The translations under genes and the position numbers were made by a program. Shown here one piece after another: positions 1 through 11,200 of a DNA stretch of 64,000 nt; positions within the stretch are counted from its first letter, which is position 1; each line of letters starts with the position of its first letter. Source of the stretch: Bacteroidota bacterium (GTDB lineage Bacteria > Bacteroidota > Ignavibacteria > UBA10030 > UBA8401); NCBI GenBank assembly GCA_021796275.1, contig JAJYOI010000003.1, positions 1,532 through 65,531 of the forward strand. Direction: 5' to 3'. The notes below the pieces were generated by a model. That model had not been told where the DNA came from, did no database searches, and worked only from the letters and a program-made list of their open reading frames with translations.

Positions 1-831
1 AGCAAGATGAAGCGGCGCACTGTCGTTGGAAATTAAAACGTCGCAGCGGCGAATCAACTCTGCTGATTGAAGAATAGAAAACTTTCCCGCAGCAGAATGA
101 ACGCGCTCTGTTCCGGCAGCATTTTTAATTTCAGCGCACAATTCTCGGTCCTCTTTTCCGCCGATCAAAACAATTTCAATTCCACCTCCGGAAAGCATCA
201 GGCATAATTCAGAAAATCGTTCCGGGAGCCAGCGCTTCGTATTCCAAACTGAACCCGGCGCAATTGCTACCAGCCCGCCGCGGGCAAGTATTTTCTCATC
301 GAGAAAATAACGGTCAACCGCTGAAATATCTTCGGCAGAAGGATACAGCGACGGCAATTCTTTGTCTGCACGTTGAATGCCCAATGCAGAAAGAAATTCA
401 AGATTGCGTTCGACTTCGTGCAGTTCTTTTTTGTACTGTACTTTTTCCGTGAACAACCGCTTACCTGCGCTCGTGGAAAATGCGATGCGTTCCGGAATTT
501 TGCTCCAATACACAACCAACGCACTTCGCAATGAACGATGCGGAACAATGGCAACATCGTATCCCGTTTTTTTCAGCAACCGGCTTATCGCTCTCATTCC
601 GCGAATGCCGCGCTGCGTTTTTCTTTTATCGTACACGATCACGGAATGAATATCGCGATGCCCGCGCAAAATTTCTGCCGCACGCGGCGTCGTCACAAAA
701 TCAATTTCAGCTTCGGGAAATTTTCTGTGAAGGATTTGAACGAGCGGCAAAGTGAGAATAACATCCCCCAAAAAAGCAGTTTGGAAAATAAGTATCTTTC
801 CCAAGGGGATTTTCAACTGCATTTGCTTCAT
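1..831 (-). CDS. Glycosyltransferase family 9 heptosyltransferase (ADP-heptose:LPS heptosyltransferase, RfaF/WaaC-like); C-terminus runs off the window edge
   Basis: Own translation of the minus-strand frame ending at nt 1 (not in ORF track because it is open at the edge): MKQMQLKIPLGKILIFQTAFLGDVILTLPLVQILHRKFPEAEIDFVTTPRAAEIL...IAPGSVWNTKRWLPERFSELC...LIRRCDVLISNDSAPLHLA (classic GT9 KRWP and lisNDSgpmHlA motifs). Start ATG 831..829 overlaps the stop of the upstream lpxL-like gene (ATGA). Confidence 0.75.
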   Translation of the reverse strand, partial: MKQMQLKIPLGKILIFQTAFLGDVILTLPLVQILHRKFPEAEIDFVTTPRAAEILRGHRDIHSVIVYDKRKTQRGIRGMRAISRLLKKTGYDVAIVPHRSLRSALVVYWSKIPERIAFSTSAGKRLFTEKVQYKKELHEVERNLEFLSALGIQRADKELPSLYPSAEDISAVDRYFLDEKILARGGLVAIAPGSVWNTKRWLPERFSELCLMLSGGGIEIVLIGGKEDRELCAEIKNAAGTERVHSAAGKFSILQSAELIRRCDVLISNDSAPLHLA

Positions 832-1745
832 ACTTCTTCAGCCGCTCCGCCAAAAGCGGATGCCGGCGCCTTATCCACATGTTTCCACCGCTTGTGCATC
901 CACAGCCAGTGATCAGGGTAACGAGTGACGTACTGCTCCAGCAGCATTACGTGTCGCTGCGTGAGTTCCCGTATTTTCTCTTCATCAGTTTCGGCGGAAA
1001 TGTTTGTGTCAACATCTGCAAGCTCGATTTTGTACCGTCCGTTTCCCTGTCTGATCAGGAACGCCATCAGAATCGGCGCGCCGGCGCGAAGACTGAATAC
1101 TGCCGGGCCCTTGTGTGTTGCTGCCGGGCGATGAAAATAATTCACAAATAATCCTTCCCGTGGGCCTGATTGGTCGGCAAGCATTGCAACGACTCCGTTG
1201 CTTCGCAATTCATGCAAAATCTCGCGCGGTGCTTTATCCATCACCACCACTTCGTTGCCGAACATTGTCCGCGCTGAATTCATAAAGCGGTCAACAAATT
1301 TATTGCGTTGTTCCTGAACGATGATGGTGAGCGGGTGCCCGCTAAGTAAACCGACAGAAAGAGCGACCAATTCCCAGTTTCCAAAATGTCCGCCGAGCAT
1401 AATCAAGCCTTTTCCCTTCGCCAGAGCTTCATCCATTTTTTGGAGGTCGCTCGTTTCGATAATACTGCGAACTTTCTTCGGCGTGAACCGGGAAAACCAG
1501 AAGACTTCAAGCAAACTAATGCAGAGATTTTGATATGCTGCGCGCGCAACCGTTTCGATTTCAACTTTTGATTTTTCCGGAAATGCATGGCGCAGGTTTT
1601 CAAGCGTAAGTTTTTTTCTGACGGGCATGACATAGAAGATGAGCACGCCGAGAGCATTACCGGCAACACTCACGCTGCGCCACGGTAACAGCCGGACAAA
1701 GAATCCTGCGAAGCGGTATGCAATATACTCGAGTACATCTCTCAT
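828..1745 (-). CDS. Lipid A biosynthesis acyltransferase, LpxL/LpxM (lysophospholipid acyltransferase) family
   Basis: 305 aa. HFGNWE motif typical of Kdo2-lipid IVA acyltransferases. Sits with the heptosyltransferase in an LPS-core context. Confidence 0.65.
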   Translation of the reverse strand: MRDVLEYIAYRFAGFFVRLLPWRSVSVAGNALGVLIFYVMPVRKKLTLENLRHAFPEKSKVEIETVARAAYQNLCISLLEVFWFSRFTPKKVRSIIETSDLQKMDEALAKGKGLIMLGGHFGNWELVALSVGLLSGHPLTIIVQEQRNKFVDRFMNSARTMFGNEVVVMDKAPREILHELRSNGVVAMLADQSGPREGLFVNYFHRPAATHKGPAVFSLRAGAPILMAFLIRQGNGRYKIELADVDTNISAETDEEKIRELTQRHVMLLEQYVTRYPDHWLWMHKRWKHVDKAPASAFGGAAEEV

Positions 1746-1810
1746 CGGTTAGAAAGTACGAAATGAGCCACGCAGAGTCAAAAGAAAGTGTGACGGTGAA
1801 TCAATCTTCC

Positions 1811-1839
1811 CTTGAATCCCTCCTCAAAGTGATTTATAT
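1811..1839 (+). promoter_or_regulatory. Sigma70-like promoter TTGAAT-17 bp-TATATT upstream of the ABC transporter operon
   Basis: TTGAAT 1811..1816, 17-bp spacer, TATATT 1834..1839. Start codon at 1856 with a short leader. Confidence 0.4.
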
Positions 1840-1855
1840 TCCCGTGTAATAAAAT

Positions 1856-3124
1856 ATGAAAAATTTCATTACAGCATTCCTTTCTCTTCTTATTTTTTCT
1901 TTTGCCGGATGTTCAAAGCAGCCGGCGAAACCGACACTTGAATTCTGGACACTCCAGCTTAGTCCGACATTCGACAACTATTTCAATGCGCTCGTGAAAG
2001 AGTACGAGACGCAGCACCCTGAAATTCATGTGCGCTGGGTTGATGTACCGTACGACGCAGCGGTGCAAAAGCTTCTCGCCTCGATCGCCGCAGGAAACGG
2101 ACCCGATGTCGTCAATCTTTCCTCAGATTTTCTTTCCCGCTTCTATTACATGAATGCCTTCGTAGATTTCGCAGCCTTCACTTCAAAAGAAACGCTCGCA
2201 TCGTATTTTCCGAATGCACTGAACGTTTGCCAATATGAAGGAAAAACAATCGCTGTTCCGTGGTATCTCAACACGTACGTTCTCATCTACAATAAAAAAT
2301 TCCTTCACGATGCCGGTTTCACTGAACAAGATGTCCCGCGAACATTTGTTCAGCTTGCTTCATTTGTGAAAACATACAAAGACCGCACCGGAAAATTTGC
2401 GCTCTTTTGGAACATCGGCAAAGACAGTTACCTCCCGACAATGCTGGAATCCGAAGGTGTGCCGATGACAAATGCCGATGTCACGAAAGCAAATTTCAAT
2501 TCGCTGAAAGGCATCGCGCTTGTTGACGAATGGGTGAATCTGTATCGCGGCGGTTATCTTCAGCGTGAATCGGTCATCAATCGCGGCTCAACGGTCGTTG
2601 AAGCATATCAGTCTGGACAGGTCGCAATGATTTTCACGGGACCGGTATTCCTCCGCCGTATTCACGACAACGCGCCGGAGATTTATCAGGAAACAGGCGT
2701 CGTACCAAGCGTGGTCGGCGCAGCCGGAAAACAAGACCTTGCAACAATGGCGCTCTCCGTTCTCGCCTCCGGCAAACATCCGAAAGAAGCTGTGGACTTT
2801 GCATTGTTCGTCACCAATGCCAAAAATCAAACCGCCTTCAGTAAAATCGAAACGACATATCCATCGGTGACAGAAGCGCTGAAAGATTCCTTCTTCACGC
2901 AGAACGACGGCACGCTTGAAACCGAAGCGCGTATCGTCGGCGCAGAAGAATTACCTGCGGCATTTCAATTAGGTTCTTACAAACAGCATCCTGACTATGT
3001 TCATCTCCACGACATTTTCGATGAAGCGATTCAAAACGCCTGCTTAGGAAGAATGACGACAAAGGAGGCTCTCGACAACGCCGCCGCGAAATGGAACGTG
3101 ATCCTTTCACAACCGCTACGATAG
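1856..3124 (+). CDS. ABC transporter substrate-binding lipoprotein (carbohydrate/extracellular solute-binding protein family 1)
   Basis: 422 aa. Signal peptide with lipobox FAGCS. Length and composition typical of sugar SBPs. Followed by two permease genes. Confidence 0.8.
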   Translation: MKNFITAFLSLLIFSFAGCSKQPAKPTLEFWTLQLSPTFDNYFNALVKEYETQHPEIHVRWVDVPYDAAVQKLLASIAAGNGPDVVNLSSDFLSRFYYMNAFVDFAAFTSKETLASYFPNALNVCQYEGKTIAVPWYLNTYVLIYNKKFLHDAGFTEQDVPRTFVQLASFVKTYKDRTGKFALFWNIGKDSYLPTMLESEGVPMTNADVTKANFNSLKGIALVDEWVNLYRGGYLQRESVINRGSTVVEAYQSGQVAMIFTGPVFLRRIHDNAPEIYQETGVVPSVVGAAGKQDLATMALSVLASGKHPKEAVDFALFVTNAKNQTAFSKIETTYPSVTEALKDSFFTQNDGTLETEARIVGAEELPAAFQLGSYKQHPDYVHLHDIFDEAIQNACLGRMTTKEALDNAAAKWNVILSQPLR

Positions 3125-3128
3125 CATC

Positions 3129-3974
3129 ATGAGCCGCAGGACTCCATATTTTTTTCTCCTCCCCGCAATCGTCTTTCTCGCGTGGTTCATGGTTGTTCCT
3201 GCGCTGCAAATCTTCTATTACAGCTTTTTGAATTACTCCGTTTTCTCGGCAAGCACGTTCGTCGGCATGGAAAACTACCGCCGGCTTTTTGCCGACGTGA
3301 ATTTCTGGTGGACGCTTCTGAATTCATTCCTCTTCATCCTCGTCACGCCCGTGCTCATGTTCCTCTCTCTTGTGCTCGCTTTGTGTGTACGAAATCTTCA
3401 GCGCGGCACAAAACTGTTTCGCACATTCTATTTCCTGCCGGTCATCACACCGATTGTGATTGCAGGAATTATCTGGCGATGGATCTTTGCTGAAGACACC
3501 GGCATTGCAAATTATTTTCTTTCGCTCCTTTCCATTCCGAATGTTCATTGGCTTACGGAATACCCGACAACGATCATCAGCATTATGCTTGTAACAATAT
3601 GGCGCGGTGCAGGATATTACATGATGATCTTTCTCGCCGGACTGGCATTGATTCCGAAAGAAGTAGAAGAAGCAAGCCTGATTGACGGCGCCACAATCTT
3701 CCAGCAAACGTTTCACATTCTCATTCCGCTGCTGAAACCGACGCTCATATTTATTTTCGTCATCTCATCCACTGCGGCAATTAAAATCTTTACCGAAATT
3801 TACATTATGATTCCCGGCGCTCCCATGGCAAATAAAGCGCTCGTATCTTTCCTTTATCAACAAGCATTCGAACGCTTCGATCTTGGATACGGTTCGGCAG
3901 TCGGCGTTGTACTATTTTTGATTACTTTGTCATTTTCATACGTCAACATCAAATTGATAGAGCAGCGCGGATGA
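3129..3974 (+). CDS. ABC transporter permease (MalF/UgpA-type, sugar)
   Basis: 281 aa, 6 TM segments, EAA-like loop EEASLIDGAT. 4-bp overlap with the next permease. Confidence 0.85.
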   Translation: MSRRTPYFFLLPAIVFLAWFMVVPALQIFYYSFLNYSVFSASTFVGMENYRRLFADVNFWWTLLNSFLFILVTPVLMFLSLVLALCVRNLQRGTKLFRTFYFLPVITPIVIAGIIWRWIFAEDTGIANYFLSLLSIPNVHWLTEYPTTIISIMLVTIWRGAGYYMMIFLAGLALIPKEVEEASLIDGATIFQQTFHILIPLLKPTLIFIFVISSTAAIKIFTEIYIMIPGAPMANKALVSFLYQQAFERFDLGYGSAVGVVLFLITLSFSYVNIKLIEQRG

Positions 3975-4786
3975 AGCTCGCGGGCAAAACACTGATTGTT
4001 CTTCTTCTCACGCTTGGCGCGTTCATCGCCGTCGCACCTTTTCTCTGGCTTCTCAGCACATCATTCAAAGGCACAGAAGAACTCTTCGCCTTCCCGCCGT
4101 CACTGATTCCGAAACATGGTGTGACACAAAACTACTCCGGAGTGTGGAACGCGGTTCCGTTCGGAATCTACTTCATCAACAGCATTATTGTCGCCGCGAC
4201 ATCAATTTTTCTGAACGTCCTCATCTCATCGCTCGCGGGATTTTCGCTTGCGCGCTTCCGCTTCCGCGGACGCAATTTCTTTTTCTTTCTCATCATCAGC
4301 ACAATGATGATACCGAAAGAAGTCATCATCATTCCGCTCTACACCACCGTCCTGCGCATGGGCATGGCAGATTCGCTGCTTGGCGTGATTCTTCCGTTTG
4401 CGGTGGAAGGGTTCGGCATTTACATGATGCGGCTGGCGTTTCTTTCCATTCCGAAAGAAATTGAAGAAGCCGGAATCATGGACGGCGTTTCGTCGCTTCA
4501 ATTATGGTGGCGCGTCATGCTGCCGATGACAAAACCTTCGATGGCGGCGCTGACAATTTTTACATTCATTGGAACATGGGGAGATTTTCTCTGGCCCCTC
4601 GTTGTTCTGAAAAGTCCCGAGCATTATACATTACAGGTCGGATTAAGTTCAATGATCGGAACGTTCGTTGACAATTACCGGTACGTCGCCGCTGGGTCGG
4701 TGCTTGCCATTGTACCTGTCATTATCGTTTTTCTCTTCATGCAAAAATATTTTGAGCGCGGTATTTTTGCCGGAGCAAGCAAGTAA
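3971..4786 (+). CDS. ABC transporter permease (MalG/UgpE-type, sugar)
   Basis: 271 aa, EAA loop EEAGIMDGVS, polytopic. No ATPase gene in the window. Confidence 0.85.
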   Translation: MKLAGKTLIVLLLTLGAFIAVAPFLWLLSTSFKGTEELFAFPPSLIPKHGVTQNYSGVWNAVPFGIYFINSIIVAATSIFLNVLISSLAGFSLARFRFRGRNFFFFLIISTMMIPKEVIIIPLYTTVLRMGMADSLLGVILPFAVEGFGIYMMRLAFLSIPKEIEEAGIMDGVSSLQLWWRVMLPMTKPSMAALTIFTFIGTWGDFLWPLVVLKSPEHYTLQVGLSSMIGTFVDNYRYVAAGSVLAIVPVIIVFLFMQKYFERGIFAGASK

Positions 4787-4838
4787 CGCGTTGAAAATTA
4801 TCGCAAAGCCGCTAAGGCACAGAAAGGAAGGATACACC

Positions 4839-5753
4839 ATGCACAAATCAGAAATGGCGTTGAAAACAGTGCTGTTCTACTCGCTCGTCGCTGTGACTGC
4901 AGCATTCAGTCAATCATTGTCACAGACGAAACTCCTGAAGGACAAATTTACATCTCAACTTCACACAATTGCCGATACGTCGAATTGCGTTGTCGGTGTT
5001 GCAATCAAGGATTTGGTAACGGGTGAGCAATTTCTCATCAACGAAAATGAAATCTTTCCGCAGGCAAGCGCAATTAAAATTCACATTCTTGCAGAGTTGT
5101 ACCGGCAGGCGGCAGAAAAGAAATTTTCTCTCGCCGATGTTGTGCCGCTTTTACCTAAATTCAAAGTCGGCGGTTCCGGCATTCTGAATTCGCTTGATAA
5201 CAATGTCTCGATGACACTGCGGGATTACGCCGTGCTGATGATTGTTCTCAGCGACAACAGCGCGACAAATTTACTGATTGACAAAGTTGGAATGGACAAC
5301 GTCAACGCTTCGCTGAAAAAAATCGGCGCGGCGCATACAAAGCTTCAACGTGTGATGATGGACTACAAAGCGGCGGCGGAAGGGAAAGAAAATATCAGCA
5401 CGCCTGCCGATGTGATGATGGTGCTCGAAAAAATGGATGCGGGAGAAATCGTCAACAAAGCCGCGTGCGACGACATGCTTTCCATCATGCGCATTGACAA
5501 AGACGGGCCGCTTCGCAGCGGCATCCCTCCGTCTGTTTCACTGGCAAATAAAGAAGGCGATATTGAAGGCGTACGATGCGATGTCGGCATTGTCGCGCTG
5601 CCGGATCATCCCTATATCATTTGCGTGATGACAAAATTGCTGCTGGTAGATTCAGAGGGACCAGAGATCATCACGGCCGTTTCGCGCGCGGCGTACAATT
5701 ATTTCGAGCGTGTTGCAGATTCGAATGAATATGGAAGAAGAATACCGAGGTAA
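4839..5753 (+). CDS. Secreted serine hydrolase, class A beta-lactamase-like fold
   Basis: SxxK (SAIK) and SDN motifs are present. KTG is not evident (NKEG). Signal peptide MHKSEMALKTVLFYSLVAVTAAFSQ. Internal ATG 4839 with RBS aggaagg chosen over ORF-track start 4668, which overlaps the permease. Confidence 0.55.
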   Translation: MHKSEMALKTVLFYSLVAVTAAFSQSLSQTKLLKDKFTSQLHTIADTSNCVVGVAIKDLVTGEQFLINENEIFPQASAIKIHILAELYRQAAEKKFSLADVVPLLPKFKVGGSGILNSLDNNVSMTLRDYAVLMIVLSDNSATNLLIDKVGMDNVNASLKKIGAAHTKLQRVMMDYKAAAEGKENISTPADVMMVLEKMDAGEIVNKAACDDMLSIMRIDKDGPLRSGIPPSVSLANKEGDIEGVRCDVGIVALPDHPYIICVMTKLLLVDSEGPEIITAVSRAAYNYFERVADSNEYGRRIPR

Positions 5754-5762
5754 ATATAAATC

Positions 5763-6689
5763 CTATTGTTTTCTACCCACAGCAGAAATTTCAAAATGAT
5801 GAACGATCTCTGTCCGCGCGGGATGCGGGGTAACTTTAACAATCTCAAACGAAAGAGAATCTGCAAAGACACGGCATCTCACATAATGAAAAAATTCCCC
5901 TTCGTCCTTTCCTGTGTAAAGATCATTCATAACAGGAGGCGTCTGTTCATTGTGTAATAATCCTCCGCCGCCTCCGACAACGAGAAAATCTTTTCCCTGC
6001 TGACGGAAATGTTCAAACCGGTGCGCATGTCCGCTGACAAATAGGACAGCTTTCTTTGACTGAAAAAATGCCGGCAAAAAATCTTTTCTTACCTCTTCCG
6101 AACCGCTGATTACCTTGCTGTTGGTAAACGGAGGATGATGATCTACTGTGATAATAAAATGCACCGACGTATCGGCTTCGCATTTTTCGAGCATGGAAAC
6201 ATACCATTTTCTCTGCGTAGTAATTACAGACGAATTCAATCTTGAAAAATTCGAATTTAGCAGAATAATCGCCACGTTATCAAATTTCCACAGCGAGTAA
6301 TCAGAAGCAGAGCTTGGAACATATTCTTTGAATCGCTTCATTGCCGTGGAAGGAAGAAACATATAATCGTGATTGCCTTTTGCAGCAATAAATGGAATTG
6401 ATCGCTCACGCAATGAATCGAGAAACGGTAGCACCGGCTTCCACTCACTTTTCGATGAACCGTAGCCGGTAATATCTCCGGCGTGGATCACCGCGTCAAC
6501 ATTTTGCTCTTTCAGAACTGCAGAAAAAATATTCTGCGTCGCTTTTTCATTATTGTTGTATTGGAGATAGAATTTTTCAAACCAAATCGGTGACTGTGTA
6601 TCGCCGACAAAAATAAGCGTGTGTTGCTGAAACTGAGCAGTGAGAAGGAATGGAAGGAGAAGAAGGAATATTGAAAGACGGAGGTTCAC
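5763..6689 (-). CDS. Secreted metallophosphoesterase (calcineurin-like phosphoesterase)
   Basis: GDTQSP, HAGDITGYGS, GNHDY and GHAHRFEH motifs. Signal peptide. Confidence 0.8.
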   Translation of the reverse strand: MNLRLSIFLLLLPFLLTAQFQQHTLIFVGDTQSPIWFEKFYLQYNNNEKATQNIFSAVLKEQNVDAVIHAGDITGYGSSKSEWKPVLPFLDSLRERSIPFIAAKGNHDYMFLPSTAMKRFKEYVPSSASDYSLWKFDNVAIILLNSNFSRLNSSVITTQRKWYVSMLEKCEADTSVHFIITVDHHPPFTNSKVISGSEEVRKDFLPAFFQSKKAVLFVSGHAHRFEHFRQQGKDFLVVGGGGGLLHNEQTPPVMNDLYTGKDEGEFFHYVRCRVFADSLSFEIVKVTPHPARTEIVHHFEISAVGRKQ

Positions 6690-6690
6690 G

Positions 6691-7143
6691 TTACTCTAGT
6701 TTAAACCATGATAGATCGCCAATAAATATTTTACCATACGTTCCAACTTCATGGAACATAGTCTGATGGTCTATGTAAGTAAAATTATAATAAGGGAGAA
6801 CGAACATGCCTCCAAACGGAATGACAGTGAAGCCAGTTTTATTAAGGCTTGGGCTTCTAAAAAAAGTGGGACCAATATCAATTCCGCCAACACGATACAT
6901 ATATTCCAAGCCGATATGATACTTTGCATTATCTCTGAAAATATCATAGTCATAGACTATACCATATCTTGAATCAGTAGTTAAACTTACAATGACGATT
7001 GACACTTCATAACCAAGTGTAAAACCGCCTTGGTTGCCAAACGTATACCCAATTTTCAATCCTGGGCAAACAAAAATTAATTCTGATTCACACGATGAAT
7101 GAAAAGAAATCGCGAAAAAACTCAAAAGAAATATTTTCTTCAT
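6691..7143 (-). CDS. Hypothetical small secreted or outer-membrane protein
   Basis: 150 aa, signal peptide, Gly/Tyr-rich beta-rich composition. No recognisable motif. Confidence 0.35.
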   Translation of the reverse strand: MKKIFLLSFFAISFHSSCESELIFVCPGLKIGYTFGNQGGFTLGYEVSIVIVSLTTDSRYGIVYDYDIFRDNAKYHIGLEYMYRVGGIDIGPTFFRSPSLNKTGFTVIPFGGMFVLPYYNFTYIDHQTMFHEVGTYGKIFIGDLSWFKLE

Positions 7144-7167
7144 ACTATTTCACATTCGAGAGGAAAA

Positions 7168-8190
7168 TTAAAACTTCACTCCGACCGAAAAGTACTGCAC
7201 AGACTGCAGCCGTCCGAAATCCTGATACGCATAATCGAAAACAACTCCGAGCGAGCCTTGAAGTGTGTAATTCAATCCACCGCCGAGCGTCAGCCCCTGC
7301 TCTCCTCCCCGCTCAAACGCCGATTTCCATCCGGCACGCACTGAAACCATTTCCGACCATGAATATTCGATGCCGCTGTTTACGTATTCTGTGTTATCGT
7401 TCGGATGAACGGCGTCAACGGCAAGCGTGAGCCGCGAGCTTTCGTCTTTCATCGCATCTGTTGCAACGCCGACGCGAAACAACAGCGGAAGTTCGTAGCT
7501 GTCCAGGGAGTATTGCGCGTTCACAAGATTCTGATCCCCTGCGCCGGAACGAACAAGCAGCAGCACATCGCGCCCGTCAAGCTGCATCTTCGGTCCGAAG
7601 TTAGACATGCTTGCGCCGATTTTCAATCCGTTCAGCACGGGAGCGTTGAACATCGTTCCGAAATCAACGGCAAACCCGGACGATGATTCGTTCCAGATGT
7701 ACTCACTGAGATATTTGAAATTGAATCCGATAGAAAATCTGTCGGTCAAAGCGCGCGCGTAGGATACGCCCATCATCGTCGCTCCCGCCGTAAATTTTTC
7801 CCCTGTCCCTTCCGGCTCACTCGTCGTCGTTACTTCCATCTCGCCATCGTTCAGCGTGGCGAAGCTTGCAGCGAGCGTTCCAATTCCGTCAACAATAATT
7901 GATGCGGCGGCAACATCATATTTCACGTCGGCAATCCAATTCACATGATTGAATTCCGCCTGGCCGGTCGTCATCTGCGCCAGCCCCGCCGGATTCCAAT
8001 AGATCGCCGCAATATCATCGGAAACTCCGGTAAACGCTCCGCCCATTCCGATAGAACGCGCCCCGACGCTGATCTTCAGGAATTGCGCGGCAGTCGTTCC
8101 TGTTTTTGTAATCGACGGCGCAGATTGTGCGTGAACCGTTACAGCTACACCAACAAGAATGCAAAATGTAAACAACAATTGTTTCATCAT
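7168..8190 (-). CDS. PorV/PorQ-family (FadL-like) outer-membrane beta-barrel protein, T9SS-associated
   Basis: N-terminal signature AAQFLKISVGARSIGMGGAFTGVSDDIAAIYWNPAGLA after the signal peptide. Ends with aromatic residue F. Immediately downstream of the PorU-like gene. Confidence 0.55.
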   Translation of the reverse strand: MMKQLLFTFCILVGVAVTVHAQSAPSITKTGTTAAQFLKISVGARSIGMGGAFTGVSDDIAAIYWNPAGLAQMTTGQAEFNHVNWIADVKYDVAAASIIVDGIGTLAASFATLNDGEMEVTTTSEPEGTGEKFTAGATMMGVSYARALTDRFSIGFNFKYLSEYIWNESSSGFAVDFGTMFNAPVLNGLKIGASMSNFGPKMQLDGRDVLLLVRSGAGDQNLVNAQYSLDSYELPLLFRVGVATDAMKDESSRLTLAVDAVHPNDNTEYVNSGIEYSWSEMVSVRAGWKSAFERGGEQGLTLGGGLNYTLQGSLGVVFDYAYQDFGRLQSVQYFSVGVKF

Positions 8191-8220
8191 AGCCTCATAG
8201 CGATTTCGTGTTCAAACTTT

Positions 8221-11200
8221 TCATTTGATCAAGGCAAATTTAACAATGCGCTGCCCCACGCCGGGCGCATCAATGTGGGCGATATACACACCGTAGGCAA
8301 CACCAAGATTATCGCGGTTGAGCAAATCCCAGTACTCGCGGCCATTATCAATACCTGAATCATGTTCAAGCGTCCGCACCAACTCGCCCGACAAAGTAAA
8401 AATGCGAATGGTCGCGCGCGGCGGAAGATGTTCAAAATAAATTCTGCGGCTGCCGCGTGTCGTTCCCGGCAACCGATCGGTCGGTTCGATGTCGTTGACC
8501 GCCACATACGGGTTCGGCACGACTTTGATGCGGTCAAGCGTGCCGGACGCTTTCGCTGCGTCAAACTTCGCCGCAACGGTTTGAAACTGATAGACATCTT
8601 TTGAAGTAAACGGCTGCTGGGTAACAATCCTGAATATTTCTCCGCCGAACTTTTTGTTCAGCGAATCTTTTGCAGAAAAAGTTACTTGATACATTGTGTT
8701 ATTTCCGCTGCCGTACGGCGGTGGAGTGACAAAAATAATCGGTTCGCCGAAATCCCACCGCCCGTCCTTTGCCCCTTTCACAACAGTGGGCTTCGATTCT
8801 AAAATGCGGGCAGTGATCTTTATATTTGCCCGAATAGAATCTTTAGTGACATTGACGATGTGGAATGGAGTGATCACCGGTTTATTGATGGTGTTCGGCA
8901 GCGTATCGCCGTAAGCGTACATACCATTCGCCAGGGTATCGGAGGAATAAAAGAAAATCTGAACATCAAACGGAGCCACTTTGATTGTCCCGATGGTTGG
9001 AAGCCCGACGTGGTAATCAATAGTCTTATTATTATCATTTACCCACGTACTGTTTATCGTATCAAGCGCTAACGGTTGATTCTGGGCGAAAACCTTGATG
9101 CCGTCAAACACCGGATTTGCTTCTTCGTTGTTGATCAGCGTGCTCGGCGGCTGGCCAAAGAAGCGGTATGTTACGTTGAATGGCCCCGTTTTATTTTTCA
9201 TTGCGCCGCTGCCGGTCTTGCGAAGAAGTCCGCGCACGGGATCGAGAACATAGTCCGTGTTCATCGCAAAAACCTGATTGGACTGAGCATCGGAAACGAC
9301 AAAAAAAGAATCAACGGAAACGTTCGTTCTGCCGATCTTCACATAATTCGTATCGAACAAATATACTTGAGATGTGACAGGATCAAGACGCAGCACGGAA
9401 TAGTTCACCGCCGCAATCTTTTTTGTGTCCGTCTGCAGCGAATCGGCAAATGTAATTCCATATTGCGCGTCGCCCGAAATTGCCATGTCGTTAAGAATTT
9501 GCAGCGTGATTCTTCCGGTCGCACTTCCCTGAATATGGTCTGCGCCTTCGGCCGATGCAAATCCCGGCGGCGTGTATCCGCTTGACCGCGGGCCAGGAAT
9601 AACGGCAACCGTGTTCACGTCAAATGTCATCCGCGACGTAATCGGGTCAATGCTGATGCGCTTTGTACACTCGCTCGGCGGATACTGAACGGAATCACCG
9701 TGATCGTACGAGACGACGGCATAATAATATGTCTGACCGTTGATGACATTGTTGGAATCAACATACGAATGGACTAAGCCTGTGTTGTCGCCGAGATAAT
9801 ATGAGACTCCCCGGCCGTCGTACGCTTTGGGCGCGTACCCTTTCCAATAATCGTCAACTGATGCATCCCATTTCCCGTTGCCGTTCAAATCTTTATACCA
9901 TTTTTTGATCGTGTTGTCGTACACAGCGCCGGCAGATCCGCTATCGGCAAACGGTTCGGGCCGTGTTGCAATATCCCATTTTGCGTCCCGCCCTTTTGAA
10001 TCCTGTAACGGCTGTGCGAGAAGCGATGTGCCTTTGCCGTCGGTAATCTGATTGATGTCTGAAAATTGCGGATCAGTGCTTCGGTAAATCACATAGCCTT
10101 CAAAATCTTTTCCCTGAATCGGATCAACGCTATTCTCTGCCTCGCTGTCCCAATACAGTGTCGCTTTGCGATCTCCGGCAACCGCCGTCACAATCGGTTT
10201 ATCCGGCGGACGGATGAATTGATAGTTCTGATTGTAAATGACCTGCACCGTTTGTGCCGTGAGAAGAATATCATCTTTATTTTCTCCCATCAGCAGCGCA
10301 ATGGAGAATCGTTTTATCGAACCGTCGGTGTCTCTTTTTTTCAACGATATTTTCCCGGAGCCGTACAGAAAAGAAATGTCTGTTACTTGCGGAATCGTAT
10401 TGTAGAATCCTTCCTCAAGATGCTGCCACACCAAAGAGTCGGTGCTCAGATTATTGACTGGGTCTGCACCCCATGTCCAACTTCGGAATGCAGTCAAACC
10501 GATCTGATCTGATTCATCGAGATCGGTCAGTTCAAAATTCGGTTCACCCGGATGAAGCGGATCAAGTGTTCCATCCGGCAAGCGAATGCCGGCGGTCGGT
10601 ACACCGTCCCCCTCGCCCGGATCATGCGTATCCGGAACGCCGTCAATGCCGACATCGTCATTCGTTGCTTTCCAATCATGATCGTCGTCAATTCCATTCG
10701 TCTGACTTTCATCAATCATGCCGTCGCCGTCATTGTCAATGCCGTCGTTAGGATTTCCCGGACTCTCTAAAAATTTGCATGCATCATAATGCGTGCGCAA
10801 TCCATAATTGCCGACACCGTCATTATCCCAGAAATACACGAGGCTTCGTGAAAAAACTGCTACCGGTTTTCCTGTGAGCCGGTCAACTGTATCCAACGGG
10901 GAAATAAAAAATCCAAGATCATCTTGTGATTCAGCCGTGTTGATCGGATAGCCGCCGCCGACATCAACATCGCCGTACATGCCGAAGTACACGGTATCTA
11001 AATCGCGCGTGCTGTAATTCTGAACAGTGTAAACAAAGAAAATAGTATTTTGCGCAAGCGCATTGCTCCACTGCAGTGCACGCCCTTCTACTTTCACTCC
11101 TAATCCGCGTAAATGCCGTCCGTCGGAAGCGACTGTATCTTTATAGAACGGAAAATATGCAAACTCACTGTTGTCGCGGTCGTCCATACCCCACAGCACT

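Noticed and set aside
4668-4838. ORF-track N-terminal extension of the serine hydrolase
   Set aside because: Overlaps the upstream permease by about 120 bp. The internal ATG 4839 has an RBS and starts a proper signal peptide.
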